A program made the position numbers and the translations under genes. Positions 25,135 through 38,975 of a stretch of 64,000 bases of DNA are shown here, piece after piece; position 1 is the stretch's first letter, and every line of letters begins with the position of its first letter. Source of the DNA: Antedon mediterranea (Eukaryota > Animalia > Echinodermata). The notes below the pieces were generated by a model, which did not search any database, had not been told where the DNA came from, and was given only the letters and a program-made list of their open reading frames with translations. The stretch lies in NCBI RefSeq assembly GCF_964355755.1, contig NC_092673.1, forward strand, positions 2,046,001 through 2,110,000, in the 5' to 3' direction.

Positions 25135-27030
25135 CAAGTGCGATTCGACGTAAAAACGTTACGATTATGCACAAAGCAGTTTTGAAAACAAATCAACCAT
25201 TGTTACTCTTGATGAAATTCCGTAAACGACGTTATCTCTTCGGTATAATAATATTCAACAAGTTGATCACAGTACTTCTAGTTTTCAAGTAATTTCTTGC
25301 GTTGATATTACGACATTTGCGTTAAAGACACTCGTATGTTCTGTTGATCGTCACAAGTAAAAATAAAAGCAATTTTGGAAACGAACACTAATAAAGACTC
25401 GAAATTAGAATTGTAAACATCATCACAGCATCATTAACATAATCAAAATAGCAAATTTCGTTCTTCTGTTAGATAACAGAAAGCGTAGTGTGAGTATTCT
25501 ATCCAAAATATTTGGTTGTGTTCAACGTAAAATAATTCATTGAAACGCGAGTCACCTAAACATCATCGATTGGTTAAAATGTTGATCACGTGAGCAATTT
25601 GTTATGGCGTGTAGAAATATTTACTACCTATGATCATGGCAAATGAATGAAAATGTGTCTGTGAAGAGGATGGGCGATCGACGGCGGGCAGAAGATGGAT
25701 GGATGATATTCGCCTCAGACGAAACTGAGTTGAGCATATAATAATATTAAAATATTATTGTCAATAATTGGCAACAAAACGTAATATTGTACACGCTATG
25801 TAAGGTACTATAATGCACAATTTGTGCCTCAAAGCTAACTAGAAAGTACGCGCGCAACCAAAGTAATTTGACCAATCAAAATGATGACAGTTCTGATGAC
25901 TGAACTATAGTTTTCGGCGGCACTACTGCTGCGTTCAACTTTGCTCCACCTTCTGTGTATAAGTAGCCGGACATTCAAAACCTGTAAAACATCGAATTAA
26001 CAATTATTTTGGTACAGGAGAACCCCTAATAAGGAACAACTTTTGTCACTACAGTGTCCCCTGAATAGGTGTTAGCCATAGTGATAAAGAATATGCCCTT
26101 ATCTTTTCATCATCAGAAAATGTCACCATAATAGGTATGTCCCTTCAATAGGGTGTTCCAAAAGATAGGTTCTTTTTCTGAACGTATAGTAGGCTATCAG
26201 TTGTTATAAGAGGAATACAGGCATTACTATAACTATAACATTCAACTAAATTGAAATAGCATAGTGTTATCAATTAACAAGTCTGATCTTTTAATTGGAT
26301 TCCTTTAAACAATACAATATTCATTAACGTGTTTTGCTGCGGGCGGCGTTGCTTTTGAAGATGTACGCAAATGACGTCATGTACAAACCAACTTTAATTA
26401 GACCGTTACGAACATCGATTGCTCATTTTACATACAGGGGAGGGGGAGGGGGAGCATGTATGCTGAACGTGATGTTTTTTACAATTAATTTCCATGAATT
26501 TTAAATGAATTGACAGTATAAATAGTAGAGAAATCAACGCACGTATAGACTTCCGGTTGTTTTTCTCAATATTCCGCCGCGGTATAATTAAGCGGTCAGT
26601 GATACCATGGTGATACCGGGCTAGTAGGTTACAAGACGAGACAACAAAGCGCCTAATTAATTTTGTCCGGATAAGGATATAGGTTATTTATATTTAATAT
26701 ATCTTATCTTTTAATAGAGTACCGATGCTCTCAAACGTGCTAAACTCGTCGCGTTCACACTACTGCAAATTCTCAATGGATAAATTGATCGCGTTTGAAA
26801 GAAAGACCGCAAGTAGTTTCAACAGAGTGAACGTGTTTGTTCCAATTGTACGGTGACTAAAACAGTAAATATATCTTGAGTATATATGAATGACGTTTGC
26901 CAATCACAGTATTATAAAGAAAAAAACAAAGAGAAAGGAAAGCGCTTTCACAGTGGCCATGCTAAAAATAAACGCGTTTGCTTCTTGCATAAGTGACGTG
27001 ACGTAAACGCACAAACGCTTTTATTTACGG

Positions 27031-27367
27031 TAAAAGATGTATTGTCCTCCAAAAACATAAAAAGATTAATTAAATCAGACTTTGAATAAGTTGTTGTGTA
27101 GTTTTAATAAAGTTAATCATATTATAAAATGACAAAATTAATGGTCAAATTCCACCATAAACCCATTGGCTGGCAGCCAATTTGACTTTTTTCCTTTTTT
27201 TAGGTAAATAACATTTTTTTCGATTAAATTTTTGTTGAAAGTGGAGAACTATTATGTGACATAAAAATTGCATATTTTACTCAACAAAAATAATCTATGA
27301 CATTAAAATGGCATATTCAACAACAAAAAAATGTAAAATATTTTTTCAGACGACAATACATCTTTAA
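27031..27367. mobile_element. Kolobok-like family F copy
   Basis: aaagatgtattgtcc ... gacaatacatctttaa. It shares cccattggctggcagccaattt with the inverted copy at 36836. Confidence 0.75.
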
Positions 27368-27647
27368 AAGAAGCCTTCATTTTAAGTCCCCCACATCTTG
27401 CCAACTCTAAATTTCCTGCTGTATACATGTGCTGTTCTTACCTGTATCATTATTATTAAAAACATCGTTTAATGCAAAACTGTCCGTTTTCTTCTTAGCC
27501 TTCGGACGCCATTTTAACAAAAGTAAAACAAAGAATACAATAAGTAGCGTAAGTATTGTCAACACACCGATAAGCCCAAGTCGATAACTTTCAAGTTTTT
27601 CGTCACAAACTATAATAAAAAAACATAAATGAAACTAATAATAAGAT

Positions 27648-27866
27648 AAGGCCAACCTAACAACAGGATTCTGAGCTCTGAAGATCAAAGGGTTTATCTG
27701 TGGCTGCGACAAGATCAGTTCCACGCCCTTTAAAAGGCACCGCGAGCCGCGAAGAATATGCACATAATAGTATACAGTGTATTTGTCGCAGCCACGCGTA
27801 AGATCAAAGGACTGTTACGAGTTCCTATGTTGACAAGGCGAACTCAGTGTGTTAGATTGCCTTGGT
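27648..27866. mobile_element. Palindromic MITE-like repeat; relative at ~59767-59860
   Basis: Ends aaggccaacctaaca / tgttagattgcctt, with an internal inverted pair gtggctgcgacaa / ttgtcgcagccac. Confidence 0.5.
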
Positions 27867-29208
27867 GAGAGACACCATTTTGTAACATGTCGGTATACTT
27901 TTTTATACAACAAGTATAATAGGATGTAAATAAAATCCCTGCGCTTAATATTCATATTTCATTTATTAGTGTTAATAATACTAAATGTAAGACGGCTAAT
28001 TTTCGGTCGAGATTGGTTCACACGATGGAATATTCCATTCGTTGAACTTGCCTTGTGAACTATTGTGAACAAAGGTTTGAGTTTGAGTTGTGTTCTAGTG
28101 TGAACAGAGGTTTGAGTTTACGTCAAAAATGCATACCAGCTTAAACTCAGTTAATTATACGATAACAATCTAAATTCAAGATGCATTCATTTGTCTAAAC
28201 ATAATTAAATATCATAGCTTTTAATTAAGTAAAGTTTGGATGTTAGTATATCATCGATCATGTGTACTAGTCAATAGTCGGATTTCCAAGGGTCACGACC
28301 GACAACACACTGCGCCATCGTCCGATATACCATTACATTATTATACAGTATTGTTCAGTCAATCGATTTTTCGAGTCAGTTTTAGTACAGTCAACGATAG
28401 TGCCAATACGAGCCTTCGATAGCTATTTAACCATTTATAATATACAGTTTATCATTATAATGCACGGTTCAACAACCGACGCAATCGGATCAAAATGATT
28501 TATGCTGTAGGCCTATAATTCCAGTTAAATGTCGCCCTTTTGTTTAGAATTCTATTGCGTTTATTAAGCCCTGCCTAGTTTTGTCAAAAATCATCGTAGA
28601 CCTATCCTAGATGAGTGCACGCACTTACCACATTGTGTTATTACGTCACAAGACTACAAAGAGTAGCATGTTAAGTCTCTGACACAGTCGACCTGGTCTT
28701 TCGATCCGATTTAACTCGATATCGGTAAATATTATTGTTTTTAAGCGTCTACGATAATTATAGTAAAGTGAGAAACCTTAAAGAGAATGTTTTTCATGGA
28801 GACCTCCTTTTAACATAGAATTGATACAGTATTATCGTTACGCCAGCGTACGTATGCTTTCTTTTATTACGATTGATACCTAGTAAGTTATTATAGCCTA
28901 AGGTTGAAAACAAACTCCTGTAACTGCTGGGGGAAGAATACCGTATGAAGACTATGTATTAGGCTGACTCTCAGTCTATAGTGTGATCAATGTTCACGGA
29001 TGTTGTTCACGATATTATGATTGATACTTCAATGATGCATGAGAGTCCACACAGTTTGCGTTTTTCACAGTGTTGGTGACGCGTTCGTTTTAATTTACCT
29101 GTAACAGATGCAGCAGTGACGGAATAGATATTATTTGCACAAGCCGTGAGCGCGACCACGTCGCTAATAATGGTCTTATTAAAAAGGTGAATATACGTAA
29201 GATGTTTT

Positions 29209-32200
29209 TCATCGTTTACCTGCAATAAATGAAATTGTAAGATTATATCCTGATCCAGAATCTGCCCTATTATCGTTTGATTGGAAAATAATAGTTAGAG
29301 AGGTCCCCGACGAGCGAATGTTGAACCCGTTGTCATGCCCACAAAGCACGCTGTTGCCATCGTGACCATTGTCGTCGATAAATTGCAGAGTATCTTTACC
29401 GATACATATCTCATCATGATCATCATCGTAATCATCCCCGATTAAATTAAGATGATTAATATTTACGTTGATCAAATGGTCTGGTGGGCCGTGTACAGGT
29501 ATCGAGCAACGTGTGTTATCCGGATAAACATCTGGATAATTTGGTGAAATTAAGGTTGTTGGTGACGTTATTATTGCATCGCAACCTTGAATAAAAAAAA
29601 AACATACTAATGATTGGAGAAATAATATTTAGAAATATTGTATAGGCACTCCTTAACCACACACAAAGGGTTGCATCCCAGAGGCTACAAGTCCTAGGTT
29701 ATTCCGCCATTTTCCATTTACAATATACCCAGCATATCCTGATACACGGTGAAAATATAATAGTTCCTGAAATAGATATCCATGATTGATAACTAATCAA
29801 GATTGTATCCCCGGCTATATGTTTCAAGAATAAATTGGTCATTTGACACTGCAAGAGTGCCTACTTGACGGTTATTGTTGTTTTTATGAACATTATTTAT
29901 AGATCCGGCAAACCTATTCGTATCCTTGCAATATATAATTGATTGGTTAACATAACAACAACATGACGATAATATAGCGGTGTAATTCAACAACTGACAT
30001 TAACACCTACTACCTATGATTGTGAGATCGCGTTATTGAGAATAACGTCGCAGAGACCGGAGGCCCCTGGATAGGAACGCCTCGGGCGTTTTTAGCCCCT
30101 TTCGACATATTTTAATGCCTGTATTTTCCACTGGACACTGCTCAGGGGACCCCCATAATCTCCGGGCCCCTGGGTTTAGCCAGTGAGCGCTCATAATAGC
30201 CGTTACGCCACTGAGAACCTACTTGCTTTATACCAGGCTAGATAGCCCGCTTCGCTGTGATCATTGGCGTAGAAATCAAGCGTCACGACCCTACTCTGAA
30301 CAGTCAAATTTGATGGTAACTCATCTAACGTGAATGTGTCAGAGACTGACGCTTTTGCGTCATCATTGTAACTCTTTATAATGAGAACATCGGTGATGAG
30401 ACGATTAGTAGTAGGGGTTGAACGCGTTGTTATAAATGATAACAAGAGGCTGGTGTAGGCTGCTGATATGAATGTATTGTCTATGTTTATCTCGGTCCAG
30501 CTCCAGGCTGAGTCTAACAGCGTTGTGTCATCTATCCATCTTGGGGATGACAGTATTCCACTTACGTCAGTCACTATACTATTCACTGAAATAAAATAAG
30601 ACACTGTATGATTATATATCACGGACTTCTTAAGTATCCATTCGGATTGTAAAATAATATAATTCAAGTTTTCTGGAGTTTTTCAGGTTTTTTTTCTTTA
30701 CATTTCGGACAAACTAAAAAACTTTTAGTCAAATAAAAGTTACTAACCAATCCTAGGCGCTAGTTTGAAGTATAATGAATCGTCATCCGAAATAAGTTTG
30801 ATTTCTGAATCCATTCGCGACAGGCGACATTCTTTATCGATGTATGTGTAGTTAAATGAGTCGCATATAAATGATTCCTCTTCGATACAACTTTGCGCAC
30901 ACGCGTCCAATGTGATGATAGAGGGCAGTATTCTCTCTACCGTTTGCAGGCCTACGTTGTAGTAAACATCAAAAAATCTTGTGTATTCATCTGAAAAAAA
31001 CAAAAAAGTAAAATAAAAACACATTTCAATAAGAAAAAAAAGTATAAGTATTTTTGTAATCCCGCCAAAAATAAACACTAGACTGATTGCTAGGCAATTA
31101 ATTTAAATAAGACGTTTATTCTTTGTAATCGTAGGGTTCTGTCTACACTATCAAAATAGTTTGACAAAAAAGTGTGATGTGCCCAAATATGGTAGTGATA
31201 TGCCCAAATATAGTGTTAATATGACATCCGTATGACTATATGGGCACATCACATTTTTTGTCGCATAAAGTTTGCTAGTGAAGACAGAGCTTTAGGTCTT
31301 ATTATTAACACATTACCGCAATAAGTTTCATCAGTGCCATGATAACAGTCCTCAACGCCGTCACATTTACTGGTTCTTGCAATATACTGCCCTCCTTCAC
31401 ATTCGAAAACATCTGATGATTCTGTTTGATTAACTGTGATAAATATAATTGCATTGTTTACTGGTAACTTGGTGATGGTTAGTGTTTCAATGTCTAAAGC
31501 TCTGTCTACACTATCAAACTAGTTTGACAAAAAAAGTCTGATGTGCCCAAATACGGTAGTGATATGCCCAAATATGGTAGTGATATGACATCATCATGTC
31601 CATATATGGGAACATCACATTTGTTGTCACATAATTGATAGTGTAGACAGGGCTTTACGGTAGCAGTGTATTAATCATGGTGGCAATGATTTTGTATACT
31701 AACTTTCCGGCACCTGATCATTCAATACTAGTGCAATCCACTGTTCCGAAACCTTAGTGAGTCTAGTATACACACTGAGGTTTGTGTCACACTTATCTGG
31801 TACCAAACTTGCTATACCTACTAGCCACCAGTGGTCTCCTACCCGTGTCATCAACAACGCCCCATTGTCGCTCTGATGATACAAGTAAAGTGAGAACGGG
31901 TTCATTTATAATAATAATGAGTAACGTTCTGTATTGTTGGTGTATGTGTTGGTTAGAACAAAAAATAACTGTTTTTACACAGTAATATCCACCATTATCT
32001 TACAGAGTATTTCTTCTTGTTTCCTTTACTTGCGCAGATCATATTTTCTGTTACTATGTATCCCAACATGCCCAGCTGCTCGGTGCAGACGATTTGATTG
32101 ACAATCTTAGCTTCCACCCCCATAAAATATCTGTTTGTCATGCCTGGAAGAAAAATACTGCAAGTATAATGAACTTAACCGACATAGCCTATTTTGTTTC

Positions 32201-34085
32201 AGGTTGATAGATAATTGACTTTGATGAGGATCTACTTTCAAGTTACTGTAGAAGAAAGACAAGAAACATTCACCATGCAAATCGATTGGCACGTGAAACT
32301 ACGTTATTCTACACTTGGTGTTTTTTCTGTTAAGTGGTCCGGGGCGGTCACACGCGAGGAACATGACGTGCCCCGTGTGCTGCCACAAGGTTGGAATATG
32401 GTTTTATTTTGCCAATTTCGAATTTGTCTCTTTAATTTTGTTTTTAAAAAACAAAGCAAAGTAAGTTACATAATAAATGCGTGGCGTACCTTTGTTTATA
32501 CTTCCCCATCCAGTTACTATGCAGTCAGTGATGTCACTGAAAACACTCGTCATGTTTTCTGGTGGCACGCATATCACGCTTACGTCATCGGTTAAATAAA
32601 ATGGACGCTGAACGTGAAGTAACGTAATATCGGAATCATAGCTACCGTAAATGTAGTCTGGATGTGTATAGACGTCGGTTACGTTTCGCTTTTGTAAACT
32701 TTTTGTTCCCATAACAATTGTGTATAAATTAGGTTCGTATATTAATTGTCTACAAAAAACAAATGATTTACCTTTATAATAATTACTTTAGGAAAGGAAA
32801 TACTACACGGTATACAAACAAAATTATTACAGACAAAAAGTCTTAAAACCTACTTTTGCGACGTAGTTTTTTTGCAATTTAAAGTGCGCCCTCTCTATCG
32901 TCACACAATCGGGTTTCACTGACAAAATATCTACGAATGCGATGCTTAATTGACAAACTTTACCATACAATAAATGCATTTTACTTAAAATTGATATCTA
33001 TATGATCTATTTAATTACGATTAACATTAATTTAGAAGTCATCACTCCAGCTGGTAACATGAATGTATCGTATACTTACATACAATGCGCAGTACTAAGT
33101 ACCCACTCTGCGTCGATTAGTGCTCCTGCGCAGATGAACACATTGTCCTGAAATATTGCGGCCTGCCATGGCCAAGAAACGTCTGCTACGTTACCCTTGA
33201 TTATGTTTGATAAATGTGGTTCACTTCCACAACTGTTTATATCTAAATGAACCAGGTTGGCAATGTCAAAGAGGAGTCAATAGCAATTGTAATTTCTGGA
33301 TGAACACATCCACAATATTCTATACATTAAAAAAGCATTTGTAATAAGGGTTTCGCAAATAGCGTGCGCAACGCGTGGTGCGAAGTGTTTGGAAGCAAAC
33401 GTCACGACACGTACGTACGTGATTTGTTGTATGTACGTACGCGACGTGACGTTTGCTTCCCATCATGCATTGTGCAATGATGTTCCTCGCGCGTGAAATC
33501 AAGCTATTTGCGATATCACCCTATGACGCTGTGGTCGTATGGTAATGATTTGAACCCACGAACCTTGTATTATTAGTAAAACATGTTAACCACGAAGCTA
33601 CTTCATACTCTCCAATTATGATATTTCAATTTGTTATACATGATACTCGTCTATACTTTACGGATGGTATACACATATAACGAGCAAGCGTTACTCTGCG
33701 CACTACTTTATTTAATCATTCATTAGCGCGCATGCACATTTATGAGTGATTACAGTAGTTAACTAAATTTTTTTTCTGGACAAGAAATGTTAAACATGAT
33801 AACCCACGCCTGCGGATAATGCTAGGTCTGTGTTACCCCGCATAGATTTCATGATACTTGGGCAATTTTAACACTGCTGTTTCAACATTAAACACCAAAC
33901 CGGACCATGAAAATAGCGAGATTTAATAAAATGTTGAATATCTGGTGAAAATGATAGATCCCGTATTTACCTTGATATTGATACGTCACTCGTATAACAG
34001 CCAGCAACAAACATAAGTATAAATATACACGACGATTATTTAACGCTGTTAATAAATTATTCCAGAATTTCACGGAGGCCGTCAT
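29209..34085 (-). CDS. Mosaic trypsin-like serine protease homolog (predicted non-catalytic): signal/anchor - Tryp_SPc - LDLa - PAN/apple - CUB-like - CUB
   Basis: Phase-consistent GT-AG exons on the - strand: 34085-33971 (hydrophobic leader), 33242-33080 (IIKG..SWPWQ..CAGALI..STAHC), 32749-32490 (DSDITLL..TGWG), 32143-32004 (MICA), 31872-31704 ([17 protein letters not shown]), 31433-31317 (LDLa [13 protein letters not shown]), 30990-30748 (PAN CAQSC..CDSFNY..CRLS), 30585-30223 (CUB-like) and 29585-29220/29209 (CUB SPNYP..C..LCG..FQSN). The 3' end is uncertain. Confidence 0.85.
30055..30213. mobile_element. hAT-like MITE fragment (one terminus)
   Basis: GC-rich ggggccc-type segment ending gttacgccactg, the reverse complement of a CAGTGGCGTAAC-type terminus. 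Confidence 0.45.
31132..31294. mobile_element. MITE family A, copy 3
   Basis: ttctgtctacactatcaaa ... tttgctagtgaagacagagcttta. Confidence 0.85.
31495..31657. mobile_element. MITE family A, copy 4
   Basis: taaagctctgtctacactatcaaa ... ttgatagtgtagacagggcttta. Confidence 0.85.
33353..33513. repeat. Imperfect palindrome / hairpin MITE-like element in intron 1 of the protease-like gene
   Basis: Outer pair tcgcaaatagc / gctatttgcga and inner pair ggaagcaaacgtcacg / cgtgacgtttgcttcc. Confidence 0.6.
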
Positions 34086-34430
34086 CGTAATACAAATACA
34101 ATCTCTGCAAATCACATAATAGATTAAACGCTTTGCATTTACGTACGTCACCAATGCCTAAAGAATACACGATTCCAAGAAAGGGATCGAAATAAAAATA
34201 AACAATTTTCGAAATATACAGTGCCGTAGGTGATGCTACTACAGGTAGGCCTACTGTATTACATTAGAAACAATAACATAATGATGTAATAGTCTATGTG
34301 CGGATACTCTGTGTCAGCAGCCAGTATCCGTATTTGAATAGTAAACGACCTTTGTGACTATGCACTTTATATTTAATATCTTCTGTATTTACAAATTGAC
34401 ACTTTTGATAATTTAATAATGATAATTAAT

Positions 34431-34880
34431 AACAGTAATTGATAAAATACATCAATGCGTTGTGAAGTGTTTTTATTTACGCATATGAAAGAAATTTGGT
34501 CTATTTAATTATATATTAATATCTTTATTTATAATAATAATATTCAATTCAATGGTGCATTCACAAACTCAATTTTAAAATAAAAATCTTTTTGTATATT
34601 AACCATGGACATTATTCAACTCTAAGGCTTTCAACTTGTTTCTTATACTGTCAACAATTTAAACAGTAATTGATAAAATACATCAATGCGTTGTGAAGTG
34701 TTTTTATTTACGCACAGAAATTGGGTCTGTTTAATTATATAATAATGTATTTATTTATAATAATAATATTCAATTTAATGGTGCATTCACAAACTCAATT
34801 TTAAAATACAAGTTTGTTTGTATTAACCATGGACATTATTCAAATCTGAGGCTTTCAACTTTTTCTCTTATACTATCAAG
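34431..34880. repeat. ~231-bp tandem duplication (2 copies)
   Basis: aacagtaattgataaaatacatcaatgcgttgtgaagtg... starts at 34431 and again at 34662. Confidence 0.9.
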
Positions 34881-35810
34881 TTTGTCTAAACCATTTATTT
34901 AGCAAAACCGATACATATTAAAATACAATTATATAATGGTTACGAAAAAGTAAGTAACCCTGTTGGGTGCTACACAATAATATTTCATTCTAATTTTTAA
35001 AATCAACTTCAACATTGCTCTATACTCAAATATATTATTATAACTTATACCTAACGTACCCTTTTCATATTTGTTAGGAAAGTGTTACAATAAATATTAT
35101 TATTAACCATTGTTTTCTGCTTCGAGTGTTCTGTGTAGATTTATTCGAAAATGTTCTGTGATTCAACCGGGCCCACAATGTAACGCACACGGTTCTACAA
35201 CTTTTCACGGGCTTTATAGTCCAATCTATTGAATATAGTAGTACGTGTAGCCTACAACCATGAGATTAATTTATTGTTAATGTATTATGAGGATATGATA
35301 CCTAATATGTGTATTACCCATATGTGTATTGTCTAACAAAATGCAATGTGATAAACAATAGTTTATTATGACCTATTCAATAATAGGCCTACTAAAGTAT
35401 ATATTTTTATATCTTTTTATCATAACATATATTTAACAATAAACTAAGCATTTTCTTTTAAAGGGACACCGCGCGCTGATATCCACTTTATATAACACAA
35501 ACGGACTATAATTACAGTTTAAGAATTGCGTAATACACGTGATCATGTAGGTAATTATAAAAGTCAGTCGTTGAACCTTTAAAATTGCTCTTTAAATTGC
35601 TTTTATCAATTGTGTAAAATTTGGGACAAAAGATGGCGACACAAAGTAAATTTTTACAACTTTTTTCTTCAGATTTCTTGTTCATAAAGTAGTTTTGTCG
35701 CTTTAGAACTAGGTTGAGTTGGCGTCTGCCCTAGGCTCATGGCGAAGAAAGCCCTGTGCCCTACAAACTGTTGATAATGACGGTTTGACTTCTAGGCCTA
35801 TATCTGTGTT

Positions 35811-35945
35811 TTAAGCTCTGTCTACACTATAAAACTAGTTTGACAAAAAAGTTTGATGTGCCCAAATGATATGACATCATAATATCCATATATGGGCACA
35901 TCATAGTTTTTGTCAGATAAAGTTTGATAGTGTAGAAAGAGTTTA
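35811..35945. mobile_element. MITE family A, copy 5 (TTA flanks)
   Basis: TTA-agctctgtctacacta ... tagtgtagaaagagt-TTA. Confidence 0.85.
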
Positions 35946-36835
35946 AGGTAATAGTGTGTTGTTATTGTGTGGATTGGAAAAGAAAATCATTTTGAAATGT
36001 GTGTTATATCTACAAGCAAGCAGTCGTTTAGTACCTGACGTGCGTTCTTAATAATCAGTTGTTGTAAACCGATACCAATCCTAATATTGTACTACATAAT
36101 CCTCAAGAATAAGCCCAGACTTAACACTTACATACTACCACACTAATGAACTTGACTTCGGATCAACTCAGCGGACAAAAGCGACACAAAGAATATAAAA
36201 GAACGTGAATTTGCATGTATTAAGGCCTTGTTACATTCCTGTAGAACGGTCATAAGATAGCCCACTTCCCTTCAATAGGAATTGTTGAATCAGCCCATCG
36301 GCGTCGGCACCCGTTTTGTAAGCCTAAGGACAAAACACAATCTGGCCTTCACTCTCATACACGGCCCACAACAGGTAATTTTAATATCCCTTGTTTGCTC
36401 ATTTCTAAAAGTGTCTGCTTAATTTTAAATTGAAAAAATAATATACAGACAAAGAAACAATTTTAACCGGTATTTCTGTATCAAAGGAACTTGCTTGTAA
36501 ATTGAATGCGACTTTCCAAGGTCAGTACGACGAAAAAGTAAACGCAAAGTAGTTTTAATGTAGTTGGTGTCAAAACGCAACTAAGAAACGAAAGAAACCA
36601 ACTTAAATGATACAAGGGGAAACCGGTAATTGTTGTGATTCGTGACAGACAATCTTGTCACTTACAAGTATTCACTTGCTATTGAAGAGATCCGACTAGC
36701 ATCTTAAATAATAATATTTGTATAGGCCTACGTAGGCCTAACCGGTAGCAGAAAGGTAACTCTCCAATACACGACTTAGTGACATAATAGAGATTATTTT
36801 CAGGGGCTTTACTATTAACATGGGAAATGATTTAT

Positions 36836-37100
36836 TTAAAGATGTATTGTCCCCCTGAAAAAATAGTTTTGTAAATGTGTTGAATAGGCCTATGCCATTT
36901 TAATGTCACATAATTATCCACTCTGAACAAAATTGAATCGAAAAAAAAATGTATTTGTCTGAAAAAAAAATAGTGAAATTGGCTGCCAGCCAATGGGTTT
37001 TTGGTTGAATTTAACCATATATTTTGTAAATTTATAAGTGAAACATTTTTTCCCTGTCTGATTTATTTAATCTTCATTTTTCGTAGTTTTTCCAGCGGCT
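36836..37100. mobile_element. Kolobok-like family F, partial copy
   Basis: Terminus ttaaagatgtattgtccccc. The internal sequence matches the 27031 copy in reverse. Confidence 0.6.
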
Positions 37101-37740
37101 GTTTTTAACAACTGAGAATATGGACATTCAATCAGTTTAACAATTAATAATAGTTAAATACTGTAATTTTACTTAGTAGGGCCAATTTGTTTTTTAAAGC
37201 GTTCGCGCGGCTCCAAAATGATGGAGTTAGGTGTATGTAGGCCTACACTATATAACAAGGTCTTTAATAATGTGAATTAACAACACGATTCAAATCAATT
37301 CTTTCCTTTCTCGCAGTATAAACAGTAAAATTGCATAGGAAATTTTGGATAGACGGTTTTTCTCGAAGGAGGTGCCCAGAGCATTTTGTTATGGATATAA
37401 TATAATATAATATACAGTAATAGGACACAGTTTTTCTGATTTTGTATTTAATCGGATTTATGTGCGGTTTTGATGTCTAAAAAATTCAGTGAAATTTGAA
37501 TGGATTATATTTTTTGGATTTATATTCATTTATATTAAGAATTACTTAACATAGATAAAAAATATTGGATAAAATAAATAATTTCCCTTGCGAAACTCCT
37601 ATAACTTTTTTGTAGACTTAACAAAATCGGATGCCGGTTAGTGTACGGTCTGGTGAATCTCTGACGAGTAATGATTCCGGTAGCGATAATTACTTTCAAT
37701 GAACCCCTGACAAGTGAAATCGTTCAATACATTATAAAAA

Positions 37741-38305
37741 ACACTATCCGAACTAAATCTCTGTCTACACTATCCGAACTAAAGGTCTGTCTACACTATA
37801 TTGGAACTAAAGCTCTGTCTACACTATATTGGAACTAAAGCTCAGTCTACACTATATTGGAACTAAAGCTCTGTCTACACTATATTGGAACTAAAGCTCA
37901 GTCTACACTATATTGGAACTAAAGCTCTGTCTACACTATATTGGAACTAAAGCTCATGTCTACACTATATTGGAACTAAAGCTCAGTCTACACTATATTG
38001 GAACTAAAGCTCTGTCTACACTATATTGGAACTAAAGCTCAGTCTACACTATATTGGAACTAAAGCTCATGTCTACACTATATTGGAACTAAAGCTCTGT
38101 CTACACTATATTGGAACTAAAGCTCTGTCTACACTATATTGGAACTAAAGCTCAGTCTACACTATATTGGAACTAAAGCTCTGTCTACACTATATTGGAA
38201 CTAAAGCTCTGCCTACACTATATTGGAACTAAAGCTCAGTCTACACTATATTAGAACTAAAGCTCTGTCTACACTATATTGGAACTAAAACTCTGTCTAC
38301 ACTAT
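37741..38305 (+). repeat. 28-bp minisatellite (~20 copies) derived from the left TIR of MITE family A
   Basis: Unit ttggaactaaagctc(t/a)gtctacactata with no spacers. The last unit continues into a complete MITE. Confidence 0.95.
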
Positions 38306-38421
38306 CAAACTCTATCTGACAAAAAAATGTGATGTGCACATGGACACGATGATATCACTACCATATTTGGACACATCACTCTTTTTAGTCACATACACTT
38401 TGCTAGTGTAGACAAAGCTTA
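38286..38421. mobile_element. MITE family A, copy 6
   Basis: ctctgtctacactatcaaa ... tttgctagtgtagacaaagctta. Confidence 0.85.
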
Positions 38422-38975
38422 ACATGGCAAATTTAAAGTAATTACAACAAACAAAAAACAATCTTTAGTACAGTTTTGAATACTACGCATACGATACACT
38501 ATAGGTAACAAGATTTTGTACATCATTACGATTTTCATTGTAGTAAAGATTCTAAATTCAGAGTCCATAATTTCTTCAACCCACATGCTAACCTGTTTTA
38601 GTTGGCTAGAACTAATACGGTACAATCGCACTGAACTATAAATATCGCTATATGTTCCATTTCTTGTGTCTATTTATTGTTAATTCGCTTAGATATTATT
38701 ATTATTATTATTTTTATTCAGGCAAAAGATACATTTTACAAAAAAAAATTAAATACAAATTAAACAAACTGACGAAAGGAGAAAATGTAAAATCATAGTC
38801 ACTAGCTGGTAGGAAAGCACAAAATCACTGTCTTTTCTTTCTTTTTTCTTTTTTCATTCTCATCCAACAGCGAGTAACCCGCCAATTACAGGATGGATAA
38901 ACTATTTAATAATTTCACAAGACAAATATAAACACAAGATGCTCTACATAAACAAAGACTTATTATTAAGTCTTT

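Noticed and set aside
29090-29162. Possible extra terminal exon of the protease-like gene encoding a hydrophobic tail
   Set aside because: It would need a ~57-bp intron with a weak acceptor, and cannot be supported without transcripts.
37741-38305. CRISPR-like array of 28-bp repeats
   Set aside because: The units are contiguous with no unique spacers, there are no cas genes, the context is eukaryotic, and the unit is a MITE TIR.
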